A DNA stretch of 64,000 bases from IMG/VR virus record IMGVR_UViG_3300031660_000001. One strand, written 5' to 3'. The notes beneath the pieces were generated by a model, which ran no database searches, had not been told where the DNA came from, and saw only the letters and a list, made by a program, of their open reading frames with translations. Both the position numbers and the translations under genes were made by a program. This DNA is from an uncultured virus (IMG/VR IMGVR_UViG_3300031660_000001). Lineage: Duplodnaviria; Heunggongvirae; Uroviricota; Caudoviricetes; Crassvirales. Numbering within the stretch: position 1 is the stretch's first letter; every line of letters starts with the position of its first letter. Below are positions 37,601 to 47,314 of the stretch, piece by piece.

Positions 37601-38833
37601 TTACCTAAGTGTAAGTAAATCTCTTTTAAAATGTCTAAGCGTATAATCTTTTTTATTCAATACACTTTTATAAATTTCCTTTTCAATACCACCTTTAGCA
37701 AATACCCAATATATCTTATTATACTTTCTGTCTTTAGTAGTCATCCTGTCTCTTGACTGCCAATAGCTAGTAGCACTAAAATCTATGTTGTAATATACTA
37801 GAGCTTCAGCCTGTTTTAAACTGATACCTTCTCGTCCTGAAACAATTTGCAAAGCTATAGATTTACTAGTAGAGTTAAACTCTTCTAGATCAGTACACAA
37901 CTGGTCTCCATACACTTGTTTTAATGCGTTGAACTCTTCTTTAAACTTATAAAATATACCAATTTTTACATCACCAAAATTGTCATTTATAAATTGAGCT
38001 TTAGTTAAATCTAACACCATAGACTTACCGGACTCAAACTTTACAGTGCCTGAATACAGCTGATGCGTTTTACTCATTAATTTTACTGCTGTATCAGCTA
38101 ATATAACTTCCTCCTTACCTTGTACCACTAAATCTTTAGTTAAATCTCTAATAATGTTTTTAACTTTATTAGAAACGTCTACATATAAGATTTCCTCATC
38201 GGTCTTAACTTCAAACCCAGCTTCTTTTTGAGTGTAAGATATTGTGTATGGTTTCATCTCTTCAATTATAGAGTCAAAGCCACCGCTATAATCATTAATA
38301 GTCATAGAACCAATCTTTTTTTGAGTCACATTAACATACTCATGAGCAAACTTATAAAAACTCTTGTATCGTTTAAACGGGTTGTTAGGTATTGAATAAA
38401 CTTGATGATACATCTGAGAGTAAGACTCTGGTGTTGGTGTCCCAGACAATAAAATAACATAAGGATTATTAATCATTACAAGAGACTTAACCATCTTTGA
38501 TCTACGGCTTGGTTTAGGAAACGCTCCCATGCCATGAGCTTCGTCACAGATAATCATATCCCACTTAATCTCCTCTATTTTATGTAGAGACTCATAATTG
38601 ACAATAGTAATATCGTAACTAAAACTGAAGTTGTTGTAATCATCTTGTATACTTGAAATTGCTTTTTTTTTGGTAATAAATAAAAGGTTTTGAACTGGCA
38701 ATAGGTTACTAATACTCAAACTCGTAAGTGTCTTACCAGTTCTAACCTCCATTGCAAGATATAAAAATTTATGTTTGTTTAAAACTTCTACTCCCTTTTT
38801 CGTAATTTCCTTTTGATAATCTCTAAGCTCCAT
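37601..38833 (-). CDS. SF2 (SNF2-like) helicase
   Basis: MEVRTGKT, DEAH, LSGTP, SGREGISL, QSRDR. Confidence 0.85.
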   Translation of the reverse strand: MELRDYQKEITKKGVEVLNKHKFLYLAMEVRTGKTLTSLSISNLLPVQNLLFITKKKAISSIQDDYNNFSFSYDITIVNYESLHKIEEIKWDMIICDEAHGMGAFPKPSRRSKMVKSLVMINNPYVILLSGTPTPESYSQMYHQVYSIPNNPFKRYKSFYKFAHEYVNVTQKKIGSMTINDYSGGFDSIIEEMKPYTISYTQKEAGFEVKTDEEILYVDVSNKVKNIIRDLTKDLVVQGKEEVILADTAVKLMSKTHQLYSGTVKFESGKSMVLDLTKAQFINDNFGDVKIGIFYKFKEEFNALKQVYGDQLCTDLEEFNSTSKSIALQIVSGREGISLKQAEALVYYNIDFSATSYWQSRDRMTTKDRKYNKIYWVFAKGGIEKEIYKSVLNKKDYTLRHFKRDLLTLR

Positions 38834-38834
38834 A

Positions 38835-41246
38835 TTAAAATTCTATTTCTAAATTTTCTTCTAACTCATGTTTAGTTCTAAATCTGATCCATCTAGAACT
38901 GTTGTCACGACCTTCTTCAGGATCACAATCATATTTAAACTGATTATAAGCAATAAGCCACTTATAAAATTTAGTTCTTGATATAGTCATTTTTGCTTTA
39001 GGGGCAAAGTCTGGATTATCTTCTATAAAATCTATATATAAATCTTGTTTATAAGATTTTTTGTTCAGTTGCAACGATTCATGTTCTGTCATTCCTTTTA
39101 ACAATCCACACCACTCTATAAACTCATGGCATGTTTCAGCTGACAATCTTCTGATTTTAAGATTTACAAACTCACTTTTAATAAGACCATGTTGTAAATA
39201 CATTTGCAAACATTCTATCATGTAATTATCAAAAGCACACCACTCGTCTTCATCCCATTCTCCAAACATTAATCTTCCAAACTCTCTTAATGGAGTGTTG
39301 TCTTTAGTATAGTGTTGCGCTAATTCTAGCTCCCATTTTCTTCTTTCAAACGAACTTCCTTTTCCTCTAATAGCATAATTAGTGGTAATACAAACTTTTG
39401 GAGATTTCTTAAAAGGTATTTTAATTGCATCTTTGTTTTTCTTTTCTAGTGTCAAACCTTCTGTAACAACAGAAAATAATCTTTCAAAATTAAAATGCTT
39501 ACTAACATCATCAAAACAAAGTATTTGAGTGTCGGCACTTACAAGCTGATAAGCAAAACTTTTTTCAAAATTAAAAGACTTACCATCTATTACAACGAGT
39601 TTTTTCATTTGCCCCAATGCAGTCATAAACAACCCCTTACCTGTGCCACCCTCAGGATTATCAGAAATAACCTCATCGTTTAATATAGTTGCGGGACAAT
39701 AGGATAAGTTTTTCCAGGCGTGTAATAAATAACCTATCGTAGACTTCATAGTGTTTATCCTACCTTTATCGCCATTACAAATGTTCTCTATAAAAAACTT
39801 ATAATCGCAATCACTAGATTTGCATTTTATGTATGGTCTGTCAATTACATGGTCTTTCCAAACATAGCCACCTAAATCTAAGTAGTCTATTGAAACCACT
39901 TTATCATGTGTAATTTTAACTGCGGAGTTGTTGTAATATAAATAAGCACAACCTTTTGTATCTTCAATAAAATACACATCGATAGATGATAGTAAGGTCA
40001 AAAACTCTTCCCTGAAATACCTAGTACATTCGGCAAAATGATTATAAGCTAAAATTTCATCAAGCTCTATCAAATAATTTAAAATAAAATCTTTAATTTC
40101 TTTCTCACTCGTATGGTCTATAAGATTATTTGTAACTCTTACAAAAACATAATTTTTACTGCCCTCGGGATTAAATTTATAAAAGCCATGTTCTTCAAGA
40201 AAGTGTTTAAACATGATGTGTATTATTTTGACTACACCTTTTTCAGATACAGACCAAAATTTTTGACTTGACTGCTCGTCTTCAAGCCTGTGTATTACAT
40301 TATCTATTGTACCGGCTTCAATACTTTCGTCTTCTAATTGAGACTGGATTTCTTTTTTTGGCACTCCTCTTTTTAGTTTAGCTTTTATCAAATTAACCTT
40401 ATCTTCATCTTCATAATATTTAGTCCCAAAATTCTGTATATTTTGATAAGCTGAATCAATAGTTCTTTTAATCTCTCCTTTTTTAAAATCTTTAGAAGAG
40501 AACCCATTCATTACATACTCAGCTAATGTCTTAGAAACTCCAAAGTCATTAAATGCTGAAGCTAAAACGAATGTATTGTGATTACGCTGACCTTCAATCA
40601 TAGGAAACTTTTTCTGCCACCACTTCTTTAGAATGTCTACAATCTTGTTCTCGTCTGTAATGGGTATAGTAGGAATGTCTAAGTTTTTTGTCACTTCAGT
40701 AAACTGTTCTTCCTCTATTTTATTCCAAGTAATTGATTGCTCGTTAACATGAATTAAAGGGTCATATGACTCATAGCATACTCTTGATATATTTTTAGAT
40801 GTCTTATCAAAATAAGGAGAGTTTAAGCTATTCTGTAAACTAACAAAATAGTTTATATGATTTTCTGGTTCTTTAGGAATCTTAACTAATGCTTTTAATC
40901 CTTTACCACTAGGAGAAATAAAAACACAAAACATATGCTTATTTTTACATAGTTTCTCTTTATCAATTAACAAATCTTTATTTGTTTCGTAACCATCAAA
41001 ATCCAAGCAAATTAATCCACTGTGTTCTTGTAATGATTTATCATTTCGTTTTGTAAACTTACCACTGAAGCAAACTGCGGGTAGTTTTTGTTTTAATAAA
41101 TTTCTTTTTTCTTTATCTTTTTCTACTCTAATTTTCTTTACTAAGTCTTTAGAAGCTCCTTCTTGTATTCGGCTTATAATCGCACGAACATCTCTAAAAA
41201 AAGGCTGAGAAGTAACTTTAATATCTTTGAATATGGTAATCTGCAT
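38835..41246 (-). CDS. Primase-helicase (VirE_N/BT4734-like AEP + PriCT-like + P-loop helicase)
   Basis: KLPAVCFSG, ICLDFD, ISPSG.GLK, GQRN, GGTGKG Walker A, FDD Walker B, TTN. Confidence 0.85.
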   Translation of the reverse strand: MQITIFKDIKVTSQPFFRDVRAIISRIQEGASKDLVKKIRVEKDKEKRNLLKQKLPAVCFSGKFTKRNDKSLQEHSGLICLDFDGYETNKDLLIDKEKLCKNKHMFCVFISPSGKGLKALVKIPKEPENHINYFVSLQNSLNSPYFDKTSKNISRVCYESYDPLIHVNEQSITWNKIEEEQFTEVTKNLDIPTIPITDENKIVDILKKWWQKKFPMIEGQRNHNTFVLASAFNDFGVSKTLAEYVMNGFSSKDFKKGEIKRTIDSAYQNIQNFGTKYYEDEDKVNLIKAKLKRGVPKKEIQSQLEDESIEAGTIDNVIHRLEDEQSSQKFWSVSEKGVVKIIHIMFKHFLEEHGFYKFNPEGSKNYVFVRVTNNLIDHTSEKEIKDFILNYLIELDEILAYNHFAECTRYFREEFLTLLSSIDVYFIEDTKGCAYLYYNNSAVKITHDKVVSIDYLDLGGYVWKDHVIDRPYIKCKSSDCDYKFFIENICNGDKGRINTMKSTIGYLLHAWKNLSYCPATILNDEVISDNPEGGTGKGLFMTALGQMKKLVVIDGKSFNFEKSFAYQLVSADTQILCFDDVSKHFNFERLFSVVTEGLTLEKKNKDAIKIPFKKSPKVCITTNYAIRGKGSSFERRKWELELAQHYTKDNTPLREFGRLMFGEWDEDEWCAFDNYMIECLQMYLQHGLIKSEFVNLKIRRLSAETCHEFIEWCGLLKGMTEHESLQLNKKSYKQDLYIDFIEDNPDFAPKAKMTISRTKFYKWLIAYNQFKYDCDPEEGRDNSSRWIRFRTKHELEENLEIEF

Positions 41247-41276
41247 TTGTTTGTTTAATTTAAGTTCATTAAAATA

Positions 41277-41311
41277 GACACCATGAGAAGCATCGAACCT
41301 CTCATGGTGTT
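41277..41311 (-). terminator. Hairpin between the ssb-like and primase genes
   Basis: acaccatgaga/tctcatggtgt inverted repeat, short U tract on the minus strand. Confidence 0.55.
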
Positions 41312-41318
41312 TGGTTAG

Positions 41319-41567
41319 TTAAAATATATCCTCAGATGATTTGCTTTTTGGAGCATCATTTGATTCAGGTTTAACATACTTGTCACTAATTTTAATTGAA
41401 AGTTTAACATCTCCTCCTTGAGTTGTTCCCTTCCATCCAGCTAATTCTTTTTCTGATCCATCAGGTAATGTGATTGATCCCTTAAAGTCTGGTTGATTTG
41501 GTTTGTCCTTGTAGCTATTCTTAAATAAAGAACCGCTACCATTTGGATGTACGAAGTTTTCTGCCAT
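41319..41567 (-). CDS. Putative single-stranded DNA-binding protein
   Basis: GSLFKN…QPDFKG.I…LAGW, C-terminal tail ending EDIF. Confidence 0.6.
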   Translation of the reverse strand: MAENFVHPNGSGSLFKNSYKDKPNQPDFKGSITLPDGSEKELAGWKGTTQGGDVKLSIKISDKYVKPESNDAPKSKSSEDIF

Positions 41568-41758
41568 TATTTTATTATTTTAATTTTTTGCTCCAATCGG
41601 TTAATTAAATCAAAGAGAATTATTTCTTTCTCTTCTTTAGATTTACAGGAGCTTGGAACATTCTCCCATATAATCTTTTTGTTTGTAGTTTCCTCTATTT
41701 GAAGAAAACTAAAGAGTTTCTTTATGAATATAGTTAAGTATGTTGTGAGTCTTTTCAT
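41567..41758 (-). CDS. Hypothetical protein (start uncertain)
   Basis: ORF track; fills the gap but overlaps the upstream gene. Confidence 0.45.
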   Translation of the reverse strand: MKRLTTYLTIFIKKLFSFLQIEETTNKKIIWENVPSSCKSKEEKEIILFDLINRLEQKIKIIK

Positions 41759-42437
41759 TGCTAAAAAATTTATTATATACTTCGGTTGCTTTCTCTACTT
41801 TGTTTTTACCTCCTTCAATAAAGTGCGGAGAACAATCGTAGATTCCCATTTGAAATGATTGTTTGTCAATAACATAAAATCTCAGTGGCTTATTAAAGAA
41901 TCTTTGATAAAGATACGCCTGGGAATCGTAGTTGTAATTCATACAGCTCCAATAAAATTTAGAAATATCATTAGTAGTCTTAATATCTATTACAAATTCA
42001 TCTGTAACAATATCAGCCTTTCCTTTCCAAGTGTTACCCATTATTTCTGAAATTTGAGGGACTTCATACTCGTTTCCTTCTTTATATATTTCATCAAACG
42101 TTTCAAGATTTGACTGCATTTTATCAATTAAACTATCAAGGTGAATCTTTTCTTTTTGTAATAATAATATTTCACCTTCCCCACAAGCTTCTTTATATGC
42201 TTTTGTGGATCTGGATGCTACGTCTATAACCTCAAAGTTTTTAAGTTTTTTAGGCTCTAACATTGCAGTATGAAAATAATTACCCTCTACCATAGCCTTT
42301 GTTTTAGCTTGTGGAACCTTAAATTTTTCTGGAAACTTAAGTAAGTTTAATATATCTGAGTTTGATAAATATTGTCTACCAAACTCTCCATAATAATTGA
42401 TGTCGTTTTTTAATTTTTCTATAATATCCTTAATCAT
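41709..42437 (-). CDS. RecE/exonuclease VIII-like PD-(D/E)XK nuclease
   Basis: YLSNSD…G.YFH.A.LEP…KGKAD…DIKTT…Y.SQAY.Y. Confidence 0.8.
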   Translation of the reverse strand: MIKDIIEKLKNDINYYGEFGRQYLSNSDILNLLKFPEKFKVPQAKTKAMVEGNYFHTAMLEPKKLKNFEVIDVASRSTKAYKEACGEGEILLLQKEKIHLDSLIDKMQSNLETFDEIYKEGNEYEVPQISEIMGNTWKGKADIVTDEFVIDIKTTNDISKFYWSCMNYNYDSQAYLYQRFFNKPLRFYVIDKQSFQMGIYDCSPHFIEGGKNKVEKATEVYNKFFSNEKTHNILNYIHKETL

Positions 42438-43089
42438 TTTCTTGATTTTTAGATTTATAGTTTTTTATAACACCCTTTAATGAAACCTCTTTACCATCTT
42501 TATCATAGGCAGTTCCTTGATATTTTTCGCTAAACCTTAAAACAAGTTCTTCTATTCCAAGAGCTTTGTTTTTAATTATATATTTAAAAACTCCCTCATA
42601 ATTATTTTTTGGATTACTTTCTTTACTTAAGTCCAACACAAATTTATCAGCTTTAGGATTTATAACTTGTTTTTCACTAACAACATTCACTTCATTAAAT
42701 ATGTATTCTATATCTTCATTAATCCACATAGATAATCCTAACCCATGCATTGCTATTGCTTTTGCAGTTGCTCTCTGTATTGTAGTGTTAACTTGCATAG
42801 AAGTTATCTTGGCTAAAGGAACAGATTTATTAGAATAATCTTTAACAGGTAAATAATCGATGTGTTCAATGCCATTTACAATTATACCAACCTTAACTGA
42901 AGCAGTTTTTCCATCAGTAAAATAAGGTAACTCTGTTTGATTTGATTCATAAACTTTTCTTTGCGCATCAGGATAAGACTCTTTTAGTAATGTCCAAGCT
43001 ATAGCCCAGGAAAGATAAGTGTAATTGCCTTTCTTTTGTTGCATTTTTTTAATGTTGATTGCAGACAACTTTTTAAAATAATTCTCCAT
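42430..43089 (-). CDS. Sak/DUF1071-like single-strand annealing protein
   Basis: YLSWA.AW…LPV.D..N…N..IQRA..KAIA.HGLGL. Confidence 0.8.
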   Translation of the reverse strand: MENYFKKLSAINIKKMQQKKGNYTYLSWAIAWTLLKESYPDAQRKVYESNQTELPYFTDGKTASVKVGIIVNGIEHIDYLPVKDYSNKSVPLAKITSMQVNTTIQRATAKAIAMHGLGLSMWINEDIEYIFNEVNVVSEKQVINPKADKFVLDLSKESNPKNNYEGVFKYIIKNKALGIEELVLRFSEKYQGTAYDKDGKEVSLKGVIKNYKSKNQEND

Positions 43090-43498
43090 TTTGTTTCGAT
43101 TTTAATTGATTAAACTTCTTTTTGTTGATTGTATACTTGTTCATTATTTTTTCTCGACTGCTCTTTAAGTTCTGTATATGCTTATCGTTTTTTCGAGTAT
43201 TTACTTCTGTCTTTATATTTACTTCTATTATCTCTAGCTTATGTAGGCAGTTATTTAAAGCTACCTGAAGGACTCCTAACTCCCATCCGTTGGTGTAAAA
43301 AAAATCATACTCTTCTAAAGTACATTCTCTCCCATAATCCCCCCCTTTTGCTACATTGAATATCTCTATTCTATCTAGAAATTTTTCTATTTTTACTCCT
43401 TTACTTAGGATTGCCTGACTCTTAGACTTGCTAATTACAATAGACTTTTCACTCTCCAGAGCTTCTCTATAAATGCTTTCTAATTCCCAATTAATCAT
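43073..43498 (-). CDS. Hypothetical protein
   Basis: ORF track; coupled overlaps. Confidence 0.7.
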   Translation of the reverse strand: MINWELESIYREALESEKSIVISKSKSQAILSKGVKIEKFLDRIEIFNVAKGGDYGRECTLEEYDFFYTNGWELGVLQVALNNCLHKLEIIEVNIKTEVNTRKNDKHIQNLKSSREKIMNKYTINKKKFNQLKSKQNGELF

Positions 43499-43787
43499 TC
43501 TCTTGGATTACTTTAATTAAATTTTGATAGTCCGGGTCGGAATCAATTAATTTTTTTGCTTGTTTATAACCATGAATTATAGTTGAATGAGAAACTTCAT
43601 AACCACGTTCTTTCATAAAAGTTCTCACATAACTTATTCTAATAGGTCTTTCCACGCACAACCACCATAACATTTGCCTAGCATCTACCACATCTCTCTT
43701 TTTAGTTTTAGTAAACATTTCATCTAAAGTTAAGTGAAATTGTTCAGCAATGGCATACGCATAATTTTCGAATATCGTCTTTTTCAT
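43491..43787 (-). CDS. DnaA domain IV-like HTH protein
   Basis: IAEQF.LT.DEM..KTKKRDVVDARQM…SHSTIIHG. Confidence 0.75.
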   Translation of the reverse strand: MKKTIFENYAYAIAEQFHLTLDEMFTKTKKRDVVDARQMLWWLCVERPIRISYVRTFMKERGYEVSHSTIIHGYKQAKKLIDSDPDYQNLIKVIQEND

Positions 43788-43964
43788 TTTATTAAATTTT
43801 GATTTTTACCACCAAAGCCCCCTTGCATTATGAGAACAAGGAGGTGTTGGATCGGATTTAACCTAAACAAACTATTTTATATAAACAGAAAATCTGTTTC
43901 GTATATCTCTTCTAAATTTGGGTCATTAAGCTTCATTATATGTCTATTAAAATACAAATCTAGT

Positions 43965-44243
43965 TTATTTTTTTAACAAAACCTCTTCTATTTCATAAAA
44001 TCCTACCTTAGCTTTCTTTATATTTTCTTCATACTCTTCATCCCCATCAGCATAGCCACAAGCCTCAGCATCTATATTACTATAAACTTTACCTATGTAA
44101 TTTCCGTAAACTCTATACCAATTTACCTCTTCCGATAACTTGGCTTTTTCACCCACAAGCTTCTTTGTTTTTTTTATTAAAGTAATAATCTCATTTTGTT
44201 TTTCGAGAAGAGTTCCATATAAATCTATTTCATTTTTATTCAT
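43965..44243 (-). CDS. Hypothetical early protein
   Basis: ORF track. Confidence 0.65.
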   Translation of the reverse strand: MNKNEIDLYGTLLEKQNEIITLIKKTKKLVGEKAKLSEEVNWYRVYGNYIGKVYSNIDAEACGYADGDEEYEENIKKAKVGFYEIEEVLLKK

Positions 44244-44440
44244 GATTCTTTTTTTAATATTAAATTAAATGCCTCACACCAATTGTCAAGTGTTGCCCAA
44301 TTTACACCATAATTTGCATCATGTTCTTTGACCATTGCATGTAACACCTTCATGCCTTGCTTGTCTGTACACTCCCATCCTTGTGAACGAATGTCTTCAA
44401 CAGACCAGGTTATCGACACCTCTAAAGTTTTTGTATTCAT
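44240..44440 (-). CDS. Hypothetical early protein (W..ED…HDA..G..W)
   Basis: ORF track; ATGA overlap. Confidence 0.7.
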   Translation of the reverse strand: MNTKTLEVSITWSVEDIRSQGWECTDKQGMKVLHAMVKEHDANYGVNWATLDNWCEAFNLILKKES

Positions 44441-44444
44441 AATT

Positions 44445-44582
44445 TTATTTTTTATTTAAATTCTCTATTAAATCTTGGGCTTCAGCTATTTTCTTTAAAG
44501 CCCTCGCTTTTTCTTTGCTTTCTAAAGTATGTTCATTTACTTCCTGATAAACATTGTCAAGCATTGCTATTATATATCTCAT
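44445..44582 (-). CDS. 45-aa hypothetical protein MRYIIAMLDNV…NLNKK
   Basis: Read manually; fills the gap between ORFs. Confidence 0.55.
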   Translation of the reverse strand: MRYIIAMLDNVYQEVNEHTLESKEKARALKKIAEAQDLIENLNKK

Positions 44583-44594
44583 GATTTTTTCTTT

Positions 44595-44882
44595 TTATTT
44601 TTTTCCTAGTACTTCTTTTCTAAACTTATAATAATCTTTTTTTCCATTTTTTAAACAATATTTATAATCTTTTTTCGCTAATTTAAGTGCCTTAATTAAA
44701 TCATTTACCATAAATATATTTAGTTCGGTATTTATATATTTAGGATTTCTTGGTTGAATATGTTCCCAATCCTCAGCAATGTGCAAATTAAAAATAACTG
44801 CTTCAAATTCATTTCCTCCCACTTCAACATCAAGTTCTATATCGTATGCTTCAGCTAATGGCACTTTATATGTTATTCCCAT
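44595..44882 (-). CDS. Hypothetical early protein
   Basis: ORF track. Confidence 0.65.
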   Translation of the reverse strand: MGITYKVPLAEAYDIELDVEVGGNEFEAVIFNLHIAEDWEHIQPRNPKYINTELNIFMVNDLIKALKLAKKDYKYCLKNGKKDYYKFRKEVLGKK

Positions 44883-44888
44883 TTTTAT

Positions 44889-44999
44889 TTAATTATCCTC
44901 ATTAATGAACTCACAATTCTCTTTACAATCACTGCACCTACCATAATCGGTACTGCCTAGGTAGGGTGTTGCTCCACAACAATCAGATATAAAACTCAT
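44889..44999 (-). CDS. 36-aa Cys-rich microprotein MSFISDCCGATPYLGSTDYGRCSDCKENCEFINEDN
   Basis: Read manually; CC…CxxC…C Zn-ribbon-like; ATGA overlap with the upstream gene. Confidence 0.7.
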   Translation of the reverse strand: MSFISDCCGATPYLGSTDYGRCSDCKENCEFINEDN

Positions 45000-45193
45000 G
45001 ATTTAGTTTTTTTAGTTGATTCAATTATAATTTCTTTACATTTTTTCATGTGTTTTTTCATAGGCAGAAAATCATCAAAACCTATGTGTTCGTGTCTGTC
45101 TCCAAATGTTAATGAGATTTTCTCTATTAAATTTGATGGAGTGAATGTGTCGATAAATTCATCGACAACTTGCTTGTCTGTTTTTTTATTCAT
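44996..45193 (-). CDS. Hypothetical early protein
   Basis: ORF track. Confidence 0.6.
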   Translation of the reverse strand: MNKKTDKQVVDEFIDTFTPSNLIEKISLTFGDRHEHIGFDDFLPMKKHMKKCKEIIIESTKKTKS

Positions 45194-45216
45194 AGTTATT
45201 TAATTTAATTTAATTT

Positions 45217-45525
45217 TTAATCTATTGTTCCTGATGTATTACCTCTTTTTAAATAATACTCTTTTTCTTTTACTCTTTCTTTTTGTAAGGCTTTCGCATG
45301 ATTATAAATCTGAGCCTCAAAAAATCCTCTAACTTCCTCCATTATTTCTGTGCCATAATTTTTAAAAGTATCGTGCAGAATTTTATCATAGTCATCAAAA
45401 TCTAAATAATTAATATCTAAATTTTCAGCTATGGACTCTATATCTTCTGTTGACCATATCATTTCACTACCCCTATAATCTGAATATTGGTAAGTGTTTT
45501 TTGTTTCTTTACTCATGATTTTCAT
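45217..45525 (-). CDS. Hypothetical early protein
   Basis: ORF track. Confidence 0.65.
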   Translation of the reverse strand: MKIMSKETKNTYQYSDYRGSEMIWSTEDIESIAENLDINYLDFDDYDKILHDTFKNYGTEIMEEVRGFFEAQIYNHAKALQKERVKEKEYYLKRGNTSGTID

Positions 45526-45534
45526 ATTTAATTG

Positions 45535-45750
45535 TTAATGTTCTCTTGCGTATTCTACTACCTCTTCATACAAATCAAGGTAATCAAAATAAAAATCTGT
45601 AATGTCCATATCGTTTAACCAAACATCCGTTATTTCTAGTTCTTCCTCTGGAGGTTGCTCGTGTGTTCCATCCTCGGAATAATACTCGTATCGTATTACT
45701 ATCTCGTATTTGTCCTGAGTTAAGGTAAATGTGCCTCTTTTTCGTGTCAT
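45535..45750 (-). CDS. Acidic hypothetical early protein
   Basis: ORF track; strongly acidic. Confidence 0.65.
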   Translation of the reverse strand: MTRKRGTFTLTQDKYEIVIRYEYYSEDGTHEQPPEEELEITDVWLNDMDITDFYFDYLDLYEEVVEYAREH

Positions 45751-45751
45751 A

Positions 45752-46153
45752 CTATATAGTTTTATTGTGTTGGTTAATAAATTCTACTACTGCTTGATAT
45801 GTAGTCTCTAATTTAGACTTTCCGTTATCTTTAATGATTTCAATAGTATCTCCATTACTATCTTGAATAACACAATAATTTGTGCTTCCTATGGTAACAT
45901 TATAACTATTGTTTTCATCAAAAATGAAATTTTCAATCTTTTCTACTACAGGCATAAGCCAATCCCAAGATTTATGATATTCTAATTCAACATCTGGAAT
46001 CCATTCTTCCTTATTTATAAAATAGTATGAACCTTTGTGTTCCTTTAGCCCCATAAATTCAGCTATTAACTCATTGTCTGTTTTTGATGGTATATTTACT
46101 ACTCTATCTCCAAATGAGTCTTTCATCATTTCGTTAAATTCTTTTATGTTCAT
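45752..46153 (-). CDS. Phage hypothetical protein (IAEFMG…YH.SWDWLMPVVEKI)
   Basis: ORF track. Confidence 0.7.
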   Translation of the reverse strand: MNIKEFNEMMKDSFGDRVVNIPSKTDNELIAEFMGLKEHKGSYYFINKEEWIPDVELEYHKSWDWLMPVVEKIENFIFDENNSYNVTIGSTNYCVIQDSNGDTIEIIKDNGKSKLETTYQAVVEFINQHNKTI

Positions 46154-46362
46154 GATTCGTCATGGTTTTTATATTCTTCTAATACCTCCAACATTTCTTC
46201 TTTTCTTGTTGGCGCATCGTCAAGTATTAAGTTGACTAAATACTCTATTTCATCTCGCAAATCATCGCATTGTTCAACTGCCCATAATGAATAGACTTTG
46301 ATTTTACTTCCTAGACATCCTGAATGAACTGTTTTTACTTCTTTGTTTTGTTCTATTTTCAT
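46150..46362 (-). CDS. Hypothetical early protein
   Basis: ORF track; ATGA overlaps. Confidence 0.65.
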   Translation of the reverse strand: MKIEQNKEVKTVHSGCLGSKIKVYSLWAVEQCDDLRDEIEYLVNLILDDAPTRKEEMLEVLEEYKNHDES

Positions 46363-46592
46363 GATTTAGGAGTGTTTAAACGATGTCTAATCGAGGTTAG
46401 TTTTTTTAACTGATCAACAACAATGTCTAACATTTCGCCCTCGCTTAGAAAATCGCTCGACTGATCGTCTTTTGTAAATTTCGGGTTTTCAACATACGCT
46501 ATTAATTGCTTTAGATAATTAATATTTTTTTGTCTATCTTTTTGTAATGCTTCGATCTGAGCATTTTTGTAATCTAATAATTCATTTGCCAT
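46359..46592 (-). CDS. Hypothetical early protein
   Basis: ORF track. Confidence 0.65.
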   Translation of the reverse strand: MANELLDYKNAQIEALQKDRQKNINYLKQLIAYVENPKFTKDDQSSDFLSEGEMLDIVVDQLKKLTSIRHRLNTPKS

Positions 46593-46593
46593 A

Positions 46594-46749
46594 TTATTTA
46601 AGTTTTTTTAAGATTAATATTCCCAATATCCAAATGCTTATTATTCCTATTATTAACAGAACATTTAACATTTCGTATTGGTCGGTGTATTCTAAATGAT
46701 CGTTTAAGTAATGATCACTTAAAATGTCTTGTAGAGTTATCGTATCCAT
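46594..46749 (-). CDS. 51-aa single-pass membrane protein MDTITLQDIL…LLIIGIISIWILGILILKKLK
   Basis: Read manually; hydrophobic helix with basic C-terminus. Confidence 0.6.
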   Translation of the reverse strand: MDTITLQDILSDHYLNDHLEYTDQYEMLNVLLIIGIISIWILGILILKKLK

Positions 46750-46752
46750 AAA

Positions 46753-46839
46753 TTAAATTATTATTATTATTATTATTATTGCTCCCACTATGAAAGCTAT
46801 TTTATCTATTTTCTCTAAATTATTATACCAATCTTTCAT
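46753..46839 (-). CDS. 28-aa membrane micropeptide MKDWYNNLEKIDKIAFIVGAIIIIIIII
   Basis: Read manually; poly-Ile encoded by an (ATA)7 repeat. Confidence 0.5.
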   Translation of the reverse strand: MKDWYNNLEKIDKIAFIVGAIIIIIIII

Positions 46840-47044
46840 ATTATTTATTTAAAATTACAGGTGTTTTAATTTGTCTTAGAGTAGGTGTCACCATTTTACA
46901 CCATTTTATTATTTATTTGATAATTCAATCGTAACTTTTAAACTCGGGAACTCTAACCTTTGACGCGTTACCCTTTAAGATAAAAACTATCTTTTGTTAT
47001 CAATTACTTTGCTAATATAAAACTAAATGTTTATTAATTCCTAA

Positions 47045-47236
47045 TTATTTTAGTATTATTTTATTATTATTTCTTTTTACTCTGTTAATTTTTTTCTTCG
47101 GTACGTTTAAACGCTCTTTAATTTTTGCTTTGTCGTACTCGGTTAATATTAATAATTCGCTTTTTGTATAGACTGCGTTTAAACGTTGTCTCTTTGCTTT
47201 CTTTACGTTGTGAAAAAACTTTGCTTTGTTGCTCAT
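47045..47236 (-). CDS. Basic hypothetical protein (ATG at 47236 preferred)
   Basis: ORF track; MSNKAKFFHN… with an A-rich leader. Confidence 0.5.
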   Translation of the reverse strand: MSNKAKFFHNVKKAKRQRLNAVYTKSELLILTEYDKAKIKERLNVPKKKINRVKRNNNKIILK

Positions 47237-47314
47237 AGTTTTATTTATTACTCCAAATTTTACGATGCATAGCTTCCGCCCGTTCCTGATCTTCAACAGA
47301 ACAAACCCACCTTG

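Noticed and set aside
43806..43860. GC-richer imperfect hairpin upstream of the 43787 gene as an ncRNA
   Set aside because: Only a short stem is visible and no family is recognisable
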